Source of the DNA: Antedon mediterranea | Lineage: Eukaryota > Animalia > Echinodermata | DNA length: 64,000 bases | NCBI RefSeq assembly: GCF_964355755.1 | Contig: NC_092673.1 | Location: forward strand, 19,899,648-19,963,647 | Reading direction: 5' to 3' | Part shown: positions 33,889 through 45,700 of the stretch, piece by piece | Numbering within the stretch: the first letter of the stretch is position 1 | Layout of the letters: each line of letters opens with the position of its first letter | Notes under the pieces: model-generated | Database searches by the model: none | What the model was told of the DNA's origin: nothing | Seen by the model: the letters and a program-made list of their open reading frames with translations, nothing else | Position numbers and translations under genes: made by a program

Positions 33889-36800
33889 TTACAAAAATTG
33901 AATATCGGTAATACACCCAAAACTATTAGCAGAATAATTCACACGACATGGCAAATTAATATTGAAATCAAAGTGTAGATCTTCTGGTATGTATAATACA
34001 GAATCATTGTCCATGTACATGTCTACAGGATACCTGCAATCAAAACAATCATTTCAATAATCAAAATACATATAAAATATAATATTTTAAAGATGCATTG
34101 TCCCCCAAATACAAATTCTTTGAAAAAAAAATATTAACATTAGACTTTAAATAACCCATTTTGTAGTTTTAATAAAAGTAATCACTTTCATAAAAAAGAG
34201 AAGAAACAAAATCTTCACATCTTAACCAAAAGCAACCATTTTGACTATTTTTGCCTTAAATTACAGTATTTTTAGGTAAATAACTTTTTTCTCTAATTTC
34301 ATTAAACTATTATTTCACATTAAAATGGCATATTGAAAACAATTTTTTTAGGACAAATTATTTTTTTTAAGTCAATTATATCACAATCACCAAATTTAAT
34401 ATAAACAAATTAAACATTGCAAAAAAAGTACATACCCATCATTTTCATCTCCTACAGCCACAATTACACCATCAACTGAATTAACTCCACCAGCCTACAT
34501 CACAAAAAAAACAAATGAAATATATTGAACATTAGTTATGATTTAATACACATATAAAATAACCTTATCTACAACATATACACAGTTAATTGATATTTAT
34601 CTCTCACCAAAATAACCTAAATATAAAACAATATACAAATATTATGTTTTTTGATACCTTTTTTGAGTTGAGACAATACTATAACACATTGCTTTCAAAC
34701 AAGCTATAAATAATTTCTAACAAAATATTCAATGTTTATTAGAAAATGTTTCAATATGACTTCCCAAGCTATTGATAGATATTGGCACTCTATAATACTT
34801 TCTATACATTTATTCAATATGATATCAATGTTGTTTTCATTTTAAAACAAAACCACTGTTGCATAGGCCTATTCATTTACCAAAAAGTAATAAAAAAAAT
34901 GCATACCTCCAACACTGTTGATGGAGTACTTCTCAACTCTTTGTCTTCCATTACTAGTGCTGATAGGGTTAGTTCTTGATTTTTCATATCACTCGATACA
35001 TTTGAGGCAGTCTCCCCCCACAAAACTACGTCGATACAATTATCTGGGCCACTGCCTAATGTCAACAATCTTCTTTTATATCTTGGTGTTTCATAAAGTT
35101 CACCAACCTAAACCAACAAAAAAACAACAAAGGCATGTGATGTTAAAACTGGTGCTATATTATATATTTTTGGGTTTCTTTTAATCTAGTAATTGATTAT
35201 TAAAACTATATTACCAAATTAACAATTTTCAAATTATAATAGGCCTACACTAATAGTCTAATAGTTTATAATTGAATATATACTACTGGTGAAAATCTAT
35301 TACTTCAATAAGATAAACAAAAAATGTTTATTTATCATAATCCATCATATTGCATAGTAAAACTGATTAATGAGTATCTAAATAAAACAATCCAATATGA
35401 TAATAATATAACTTCATTCATCCTCAAGTCTAAACAAAGTACCAAATTTATAACTGTTCATAACGCCACTAGTTCCGTTTAGCACCTGTTTTTATTTAGA
35501 CTTCCTTTCGACTTCAAACTTGTTAAGTAACTTATTTTAAATACCACACCTTACAATTGGGGCTCAAAGTACTTGTATGAAGAAGAATCACATAAAAAGT
35601 AACAAATAAATTCTTTAAATGATTTTACAGACGTGTAAATTTTGAATTTTGTATACACAAACTTCAGTACGTTTTCAGAAGTAACATGTTACAATATTTT
35701 TATTGAAAAAAAAAATGGAAATTAAAACGTGTATTTCATAAATAGATGCATAAAAAGTAGACGCATTCCACTCAGTTTTGAATCTCTATTATAGTTTCTC
35801 TTTTGGCGCTCCATATAAACATCAATTAGCGAAATTTACAAACCATGTGCAAAAAACAGGTCAGGAAATCCCTCAATTTAAAGGATTTATTTGTTACTTT
35901 TTCTGTAATTCATCGTAAAAGTAATTATGATGTCTAATTCTAAGGTGTGGTATTCAGAATAAAGTTCCTTAACAAATTTGGAGTCGAAATAAAAGCAAGG
36001 TACGAAACGTAACTAGCTCATAATTTCATAACTGTGCTATAAGCCTATGCCCTAGATTAAATCAAGAGAAAATGTTACCTTCATTACTGTTCCATTCAAA
36101 GATAACCTCGTTTTCTTCGGGCTTCCCCTAGCTGCTGACATTGACACCGTCGGTGGTCTGATAAAATTACTAACAACTTCCATATTGATATCAAAATCAG
36201 CAATGTTTGTCAAAACCTTAAAATCACAAAAGAAAAATTATGATTAAAATAATATTCTAGTGCTGTTCCGCCGTACCACGCCGAGAATGTTAAAGAGTCG
36301 TTATCCAATCGAGTTCGAACAATACCATGAAAGCTCCAGTGGTCTAATGGTTAGGACATCTGCATATCAAGCAGGCGGTCCGAGTTCGAGTCTCGGTTGG
36401 GGCGACTTTTTCTCATTCTCACAGATTTCCTCATCTTTATCGTTTCAAATTAATTAATTAAATTTCAGTATATCACCGGACGGTTTAGAATTAATGTTCT
36501 TTGCCTATTGTGTTTATATATACAAGTACAAATTGAAGTAAGAAATTACGAAACTGTAAACCACAGTTTCGTAATTTCTTACTTCAATTTGTACTTGAAC
36601 AGAAAATGGTATTTATTAAAAAGAAATCATACAACTAAGAATTTACAATTAACTTATTCTGGCAATATGGCATACGCTAGACCGAACACCCAGAAAATTA
36701 TGCTTAATTGTAATTTTATCAATGTAAATGTTATTTTAATGTTATAAACAATAGCCTAGCCTACAAATTGCAAATTTCATGACAAAATTTAAATAAACAA

Positions 36801-37365
36801 TCAATGAGTAAATTAATTGAAAATAAACAATTTCTCCTCCCTATTCTGTTAATAACGTCTGTTTATTATTTATTATTCAATTGTTATCAACTGGTTTCTA
36901 AATTAAAATGACATTGTTTTATAATTGTTATAATGGATCATAAGTATATATAAGTACCGTTTTAGTTTTTTAAGAACAATAGTGACCCACGGATTCTATT
37001 TTATATCAACATAGATATAGACCTAGGGCTTAATAACAAATAAATGACACTTTTATAAATTAAATAAACAATTATAATAATATTAATTTACAAAAAATAC
37101 GTTAATTACATACCTTAGATTTGTCTGTCAACCTCAACGAATTATTATCAAGGCTTGGTTTCACTTCGGTTATCATAACCTTTGTTCCTACTTCTAACAT
37201 GAATAACCTTTCTGCTCCTACACTTTCTGTATCATTTATATAGCAATTCCTTACTTCGGTATCACCACATTCCAACACTGAACCAACACCGAAGAATCTC
37301 CGCCCCTTGGAAGATTCTCTCCGTTCAAATTTTTCCACAATGTAAATCTTCCGTAATTTCGACAT
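33889..37365 (-). CDS. Intact 5-exon gene, 264-aa tandem OB-fold (RPA/SSB-like) protein; exons 37365-37114, 36216-36079, 35107-34907, 34494-34436, 34033-33889
   Basis: All four introns are GT-AG with polypyrimidine tracts and compatible phases (0,0,0,2); no stop until TAA at 33891-33889. The segment 'LSLNGTVMK-VGELYETPRYKRRLLTLGSGPDNCIDVVLWGETA...LTLSALVMEDKELRSTPSTVLE' resembles RPA-type OB folds. Confidence 0.8.
36333..36404 (+). tRNA. tRNA-like cloverleaf (anticodon ATC, Asp-like); probably a pseudo-tRNA or part of a mobile element
   Basis: Acceptor GCTCCAG/TTGGGGC, D stem GTCT/GGAC, anticodon stem TCTGC/GCAGG with loop ATATCAA, T arm CCGAG-TTCGAGT-CTCGG, then a T5 run. Absent from the duplicate intron near 28280. 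Confidence 0.55.
36523..36597. repeat. Perfect 35-bp inverted repeat with a 5-nt spacer
   Basis: caagtacaaattgaagtaagaaattacgaaactgt-aaacc-acagtttcgtaatttcttacttcaatttgtacttg. Confidence 0.9.
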
Positions 37366-37400
37366 CCTTTCCCAACACCTTGACTTTACATTGACTTTCC

Positions 37401-37650
37401 AACTAACTACTTTACTCTATCTTAACTTTTATACAAGAGCGTCATTGATGGAAATTTTGAACCAATCAAATGCTCAATATAAAAATAAAATGCGCATGTT
37501 CAGTCATTACCAAATAACTATATACCCAATCACAACGTAAAATATATCACATTTACCACCGTGTAATTTTTTTTTTCCAGGACGAACGTGGGCAATTTAC
37601 ATAAATGGGCGTGGCTTAACCCCCAACTACTCTTCCGCATGCGCGTATAG
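37401..37650 (-). promoter_or_regulatory. Pol II promoter of the OB-fold gene
   Basis: Minus-strand TATAAAAG (37433-37426) lies 29 nt upstream of an Inr-like TTAGTT (37406-37401). CCAATCA boxes at ~37462 and ~37526, GC box GGGCGTGGC at ~37607, NRF1-like GCGCATGCG at ~37636. Confidence 0.55.
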
Positions 37651-40600
37651 TCTACTTTCAGCAGACAGAGTATGCATGCATGATACATGATGATGACCAG
37701 AAGAGAAAAAAAAACTATGCTAGGTGGCAGCACAAAAGACTAGATTTAAATTACTATCTTTATATTACGTTTTGATGATTCCTTCAAGTTAAAAATTGAA
37801 TTAAAAAATAGGTCTCGTAATTTAATCTTTGCTACACTGTATATAACATATTCAGAATATTCCTTAAATACAATTATTATCTGTTTTATGACACAAAATA
37901 CGTACAATTATGGCCACTCGAATATAAAATATAGGATTTTTGTCTCTTTCCTCGTAGCTCGTCACATTTAATATAGCGCATCTCCAATTATTTGTATTTC
38001 ATTTCCCCCTCCATTTCTTTATATTGTCTAGGTCAATCAATTATCTTTCGCATGATTCACCATTTTAAAATTTGTTATGACGTCATCATGTGCAAAAGCG
38101 TCAATAACTTTGGTCACTTATTTTCACCTATTCTGAACTTTACGTAGTACGTATACAGTATATAGTGTATACCGTATACACTTTGACGTGACGGAAAATA
38201 GAGAGCGCGCTAACATTTTTTCAATGGCATAATCGTTTTTCTGCGCGCAATATTCTAACGTATGACGTGCACGTGGCTTTTGCGCTGCGGATAACCTAAC
38301 TCGTCCGTAGTGACGAGTTCAAATCTAGTTGGTTATCCGCACTTTGGCGGATAACCCCTTGTTATTGTCAGGATCTTTTTTTTTTTTTTCTTTTTGGTTA
38401 TCCGCACTTGGCGGATAACCTCTTGTTATTGTCACGATCTTTTTTTTTTTTTTTTTTTTTTTTCTTTCTTATTCTTCTTTCTTTCCCAGAATTTTGTTGC
38501 GCGTGTATCTCTAAATGTTATCAACATAACATTTTATAACTTTATCAGAAGATTGACCTCTATCTGAATATGTCGTAATAAGGTTTTTGGTCTCGTCCGA
38601 GTTGCGCAGCGTAAGTTACGCGCGATTTTGTGAATTTCGCATATTTACCATAGATCGAAAACCAAAAAACAATTTAAATTGAAACTTGGCAAAACTGTAA
38701 TTAATATCCTGCGCTAACTTTCTATGGATTAAAAATGGCGGTTTTCACAGAAAATTACGTGCGCACGCGCGTTTAAAATTTCAAGATGCGAAAAATCAAT
38801 TTCTAATCAACTTTCTACGCGTTTCAGGTCATTTTGAGCATTTCAAAAATTCCCACACACGCGCAATTTTTTTACGCGCGCGTGCGCACGTAGCGCAAAA
38901 ACATATTTGTTTTGGTTGATTTTTGTTTTTTCAGCCTTTTCTAGTAAATTTACCAATTTTCAATCAATTTCGACTTAAAATCACGTCATACGAGCACGTA
39001 GAATTGAATAATTTGCGCGCGTTTTTGATGAAAAAGTTCAAAAATTTGTGAAAATTATGCCTTTTTTTAAACAGTCATAGATTGTAAACTACGTGGTGAA
39101 CTTTTTTAAAATTACATATTCTTGAAGTAGATGAGTTGTAAATATCGAATCATGCATCGATATTGCTAACCGAACATTATGATGTCATCGTATGGCCACT
39201 CGAATATAAAATATAGGATTTTTTTCTCTTTCGTCATAGCTCATCACATTTAATAGAGCGCATCTCAACCTTTCCGTATTCCATTTCCCCCTAATTTTTT
39301 ATATTGTCTAGGTCAATCAATGACCTTTCGCATGATTTACAATTTGTAAAATGTTTATGACGGCATCATGTGCAAAAGCGTCAATAACTTTGGTCACTTA
39401 TTTTCACCTATTCTGCACTGTATGTAGTACGTATACAGTATATATTGTATACTGTATATTCTTAGACGTGACACAAAATAGAGAGCTGACTATAATTTTT
39501 TTCAATTGCATAATCGTTTTTCTGTGTGCAATATTCTAACGTATGATGTGCACGTGGCGTTTGCGCTGCGGTAAACCTGAATCAAATTTGTTAATTGTTT
39601 TCTTTTTTTTTTCTATTCTTCTTTCTTTCAACGAATTTTGTTCACAGCGTATCTCTACTTCTGGTCAACATAAGATTGTATAACTTTGTCATAAGATTGA
39701 CCTGTAGCTTTAGATGTGCAATGATGTTAGAGTCGCGCAGCGTAAGTTACGCGTGATTCTATGGAATTTTATGGTTGCTCATAAATTTTTAAGACAAAGT
39801 TATTTTTCAATGAAACATTACGAAAGTTTATTTCATAATATTGTGCAACTTTTGAAATGATAAAAATGGCGTGCTACGCAAAAAATTTTGCGAGTACGAG
39901 TGAATTTTTAAAATGCGCAAAATTTATTTCTATTTAATTTGCGTACATTTTAGATCATTTTGAGCTTTTCAAAATTGTCTAAATTGTTTGCGTTTTGTGC
40001 ACGCACTTGTGCACACAGCTCGTACAAAGCGTAGAAAATGTGTTTTGCAATTGATTTTGTTCATATGCCTACGTTTTATAGTAGATTTCATTCATTTTCA
40101 TGAATTTTTATTGCAAATTAACGATGCACGTGCATGTTAAAGTTTAGAAATCGTGTGCTAAAGAATGGGTAATATAATACAAATTTGTGCAAAAATATTC
40201 CTATTTTTATTCAGTTATAGCTCCTCAGGATGGCAGGTTACCCCATCTATTTGTTATGTATTATGAAAGCTAATGAGTTGTAGATATCAATTAATGTACA
40301 ATTTGTACCTAAAGGATGTTCTGACGTCACCATATGGCCACTAAAATTTTGAAAATAGATTTTTTTCTCTTTTGTATTAGTTAATCCCATTTAACAGAGC
40401 GCATCTCACTAATGCGTTTCTATGTTCTTTACAAATCAATTTTCTTCCACACATTAGTTAACAAAGTGACCCACGTGATTAAAACTTATGGAAATGGTTG
40501 AATTGTGGTTTCATGACGTCATCATATGGCCAGTTAAATTTAAATAGTCATATTTTTAACTCTTTCCTAAAACTTAATCGTGTTTAAAATAGAGCGCATC

Positions 40601-41929
40601 TCAGCTTAACGATCCCAAAATTCTTCAAATTTGTATTGACGTGTAATTATTTAGATAATTAAATTATATAACATATACAGTGTATTCTGTAATATGCTGT
40701 CAGCACTGTAAATATATTTATGTCACTCATAGGATGGCATAATAATTGCCAGCGTGCCCAAAATTCTTCAACTTCTAAGAATGTAATTATTACATAATTG
40801 TTCTCTAAAATTGTTACTTTTATGTTTTATGTTGATGACGTCATTTAAATTGGAATAAGAATATGGGTCTCGTAATTTTTTTATGCTTCACTGTATCTAA
40901 ATATAGACGTATGACACAAAATAGACACAATTCATTAAAATCGTTTTTAAAAGACCGCGCCTCTCACTTTTACCTGCCTGAATTTCCTCAAAATGTCAAC
41001 ATTTTGTTGCTCATAAAAATGTTCCTGTCGGATGCTGCAAGGTCATGCTATGGGGTCATGCTATAAGGTCATCCTATGGCTAGTAATTGGAAAGGTAATT
41101 GGAAAGGTAGGATATTTGTTTGTTGTTGGCATAGTTCATCACTTCAACATATTACGCATCTCAGTTGTACGTGCCAAATTTAATTATATTATTTATATTA
41201 TATTATTTAATTATGTTATCGTTGAGATGAATTATTTTCCGAAAATGGACATACTTTTATGTTTCATTTTGATGACATCAAACATTGTTTTTCCCGTAAT
41301 TTTAGGTCACACCATAATATAAAACAGTACAACCAGTTACATGTGTGAATAATAATAATACCATTTCTTGTCTCCTCTGCTCTGTGATTTGATCTAATGG
41401 ATTACTGAAATTTATCTCAGTTACCAGTGGAACTTGCTCCAATAGATATAACATTTCTGATAAAACTAATATTATCACACCATAACTGTTAAAGATAATC
41501 TTTTATTTCAAACAAATTGAAGAAAACACACAAATCTGTATAAAATGTATACCGGTATTTATATAAGCTTTCATTGGTTATTGCAAATGATACAAAATTT
41601 TCAACATTATAGTAGGCTGTTTATACTATACAGTAGTTCATCAACCTTTTGGTGATCAGTAATTTTACTTAGTACATTATTTACATGGTAATTTGTTAGT
41701 TGAGGATTCATTAAACGCATATTTATTGATCTATTTATAGAAGATTATTATTTTTTAACAATCATCAATATGATTAATAATTTAATCATTTGCCGAGTTT
41801 AGACAATAATTGTTATGAAAGAATGACTGCATTAGTGGATGCCTAAAACTCCGGTTCCCATTATAATTGAAGAGATGAAACCATTCCATTGAACACCTAA
41901 AAACCAAAACAAAATAAATTAATTATTCT

Positions 41930-42635
41930 TGCAAATGAGTAGATTACTGTATTAGTAATTCATGTGGACCTGTATTGATAGAAAAAAAAATGAAATTATG
42001 TATAGAATGAAGTATTGGTAATCGTATAAAATAAAACGTATTTTCTTCTTCTGTAAACTTTTTATTTTCAACATTACTTGAATACCGGTAGATATTGAAA
42101 GATTTTTATCTGCACAGATTGCAACATTGCATATTCAAATTCAGAACAATATTTATAATAATATAACTCACATAAAAACAAGATTAAAATGTGATTACTC
42201 ACCAGATATTGTTTCTCCTATACAGGAGAATGACATGGGTTGAAATTACAGATTATTCGCTGCCCCTCTTGCATCGATAATAAATTGATTATTTTTCCAA
42301 ATGAGTAGATTACTGTATTAGTAATTCATGTGGACCTGTATTGATAGAAATGTATAGAATGAAGTATTGGTAATCGTATAAAACAAAACGTATTTTCTTC
42401 TTCTGTGAAACTTTTTATTTTCAACATTACTTGAATACTGGTAGATATTGAACGATTATTATGTACAGAGATTGCAACATTGCATATTCAAATTCAGAAC
42501 AATATCTATAATAATATAACTCACATAAAAACAAGATTGAAATGTGTTTAGACACCAGATATTGTTTTTCCTATACAGGAGAATGACATGGGTTGAAGTT
42601 ACAGATTGCTCGCTGCCTCTTGAGCATAGAGGGTC
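41930..42635. repeat. ~365 bp tandem duplication downstream of the RepHel 2 stop
   Basis: The block 'caaatgagtagattactgtattagtaatt...cgctgcc' occurs twice; it is single copy in element 1 (6410-6740). Confidence 0.8.
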
Positions 42636-42756
42636 ATAATGATTTTCAGCTTGTTTTTACCAAATTGGTTTTTTTTATTTCTATCCAGTTCTATTTTCAA
42701 TTCCTAAAAAGTTTTTACAGAAATATAATTCAAATACTTAAAAACCATTGATGCAA

Positions 42757-45700
42757 TTAAAATTTAATTTGAATGGCTTCATGATAGCTATAATAAATTG
42801 GAATTACTTCAGCCTGTACTGAATCAAGACCTTTGCTATAAACATGATCAATCAATGTATTGTTTTCAGTAGTAGAACATGTAACATGTTGTTTGTACTC
42901 ATTCTCTGCCATTAAATTATTCACTCTGGAAGATTGTTTGAAAAGATTTTCATTAAAATCACCCATTACAATACATTTTGTGCTCATTTTATGTAACTCT
43001 TCCAAATGTTTTCTCAAATTTTGACAGAATTGATTAATATCATAACTTGGGGGTCGATAAATTACTGACACGGCAACAGAAATCGGACTTGTTATTAAAA
43101 ATGAAACTGCTTCTATATCATTATTACATATGTTTAATCTGCTTGAAGACGTATTCTTTGCATACACTGCAACGCCACCATGAGCCTGATGTTTTATTTT
43201 GGAACTGAGATCATTTGTATTAGAATACGAATCATACCTTGCTTGGTGATACAATTTATACGGCTCAATGCGTACGTCAAAAAAATCATCATCCTTGTTT
43301 AACCATGTTTCAGTTAGACATATGACATTAGAATTCATAAACAAATCATTACACTGAAGATCAACAAAATGTTGTTTAAGCCCTTGAATGTTATGTAACA
43401 TTATTGAAAATCTAGAAGCCGAATCATGACCTTGTTTATCACATTGTACGTATGAATCCATATTATTTAAGCACTTCTTTATGTTTGGATCACAATAAAT
43501 CAGACTAGGTTTAAAATTTTCAATAGTAAGTCCAGTTATTGAAGTAACACGACTGAGGCCTACATATGCTTGACCATGCGTAAAAGTATCTTTAAGGCAA
43601 ACCACTGCTTTATCCATTGTCATTCCTTGCACTTTATGAACTGTGCATGCATATGCTAATTTGAGAGGAAATTGTTTTCGACTGTATTTTTTCCCCATAG
43701 ATTCTTTAAACATTTCAATTGCCTGAATACCAATGTCATTATTGTCAAATTTAACTTTAATAGATACTGGTTCGGTGTTATGATCAGGTTTGACTATTTC
43801 ATCAACATGTCCCATACATCCATTCGTTAAGCCTTTTTTAACATCTACATTTTTAATCAACATCACTCTGGCATTAATTGCAATCCACAAATAATTTAGT
43901 AAACTAGTTTGACGTGAATTCCGAGGTTTGTCACAATTTTTGCTCTGTTTCTTGCTATTTACTACACTATCTTCTGCTTTAATGCATACAATGTCTGTAC
44001 AGGTTTTGTGCAACATTTTTTTATTCCATTCATCAACTTGTTTGTTGCGTGGGTAAATATGAATAGCATCTTCACATTCTTCACCTGTTTCACGTGATTT
44101 TAGAACTAATAAATCGTTATCAGACAAACAATCATGTTTTTCTTTTGTACGCAATTTGTTTAACAATAAAGCAAATTCTTTATCTTCTTTTTGCCTCATG
44201 ATTTGATCTAACTGTACTTGCTTAAAGTTATCTATCCACAGTGAGCTTTCCAATGTGTCTTTATATAACGAACTGCCCATCACCGGGGGTAACTGATAAA
44301 AATCACCAACAGCAATTACTGAAATGTTACCAAATGGACTATCGTTGCGTACTTGTTTTATTTGCCTTAATCGTCCGTGGATATACCAAAGTAACCTTTG
44401 ATTTACCATTGATATTTCATCTATAATAACAATTTGCAACTGACCCAATTTATTACGAAGTGCACTTATTTTTTCTTCTCCAAGTGGTTGATACGGAAGT
44501 GAAATATTAATCGGGATAGACAAAGCGCTATGAATTGTTTGGCCTTTAATATTATATGCTGCGATTCCTGTAGGAGCTAATTTCAATATTGACAAATCAT
44601 CGGGATTTTCCATAATCTTTCCAAGAATACGTGTCGCTTCATTATAAATACAATTTACCAAATGACTTTTTCCTGTACCAGCGCCTCCAGTTATGAAAGT
44701 GTAAAATGCTTCAGGTTTTTTACCATTAACTTTGTCTAAACACCATTGTCTTGTCTTATAAAATATATGTTGTTGTTTTTCATTTAAAGATCGAATCATT
44801 TTATTCAATTCTGGTCTTGGAATATTAGATGAATTAGACTCTACTTTAGATGTATGATTTTTTTGAATTCCAAAATCTGGAATGAAAAATTCATCTTCTT
44901 CATCATCAACCTCTACATTTGGCTTTGGGTTGTCTAACCTTTCTTTTTCGCTTTCTGGACATAATAGGCTCCATGCATCTTCTTGTGGTCCAAATTTTGA
45001 TAAACATTCCTGTGCTTCTTCAACTTCATCAGAACTTTTTTCATATTGTTCCATGTTTCCATGAACTATTGACTTTACCGTTTGTAATTGACAGCCACAT
45101 AATTTCACACATCCTTTCTCATGAAATTGTTCATACGTTTCAAAATTTGGAGGTTTTAACTGTTCATCTTTTCGAAATGGTAGAAATAACTGAAGTACAC
45201 TCAAAAAATATTTCTCAGGTGCTGTATCCATTGGAAATCGAGGGTATCTTACTATAGCATTACTAGTTCGTGTTCTTTTTTGGATGAATCCCAGCTGTTT
45301 TTTTAACTGAAATACATTCTTTTTTTGTTTATTTCCTTTCATTTCTGATGAACTCAATATTCTATATTCTGAACAAAATTTTGCCAGGCACATTTTATTA
45401 AATTCAGAACTATTAGGTCGAGCTTTATATTTGTCGATCTTACTTGGCAACCATGCACTTACATCATCATCTGCTTTGTTTTTAATTACACTTAGTGGTA
45501 AACTCATTCTGACAGGATTAGGTCCTACTGGGATAAATTCAACTTTTCTTGAACATTCTTTTAATCTTAAACTACAAACACGATAAATACTTTCTTGTGC
45601 AGACACTTCTCGGTTATTCATATAAACATTACCAAGTTTTCGCAAACTTTGTCTAGCATCTTCATTGCCTTCTTTCACTTCTGATGCTGCATGAGATAAA

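Larger units (their letters stand above)
3469..38328 (+). mobile_element. Autonomous Helentron/Helitron2 element 1 (~34.9 kb) with RepHel and OB-fold cargo gene
   Basis: Head at 3469 (preceded by another head at 3404). No intact 3' terminus seen until subTIR+hairpin+CTAG at 38287-38328. Contains the RepHel ORF. Strand given is terminal polarity; the genes are on the minus strand. Confidence 0.7.
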
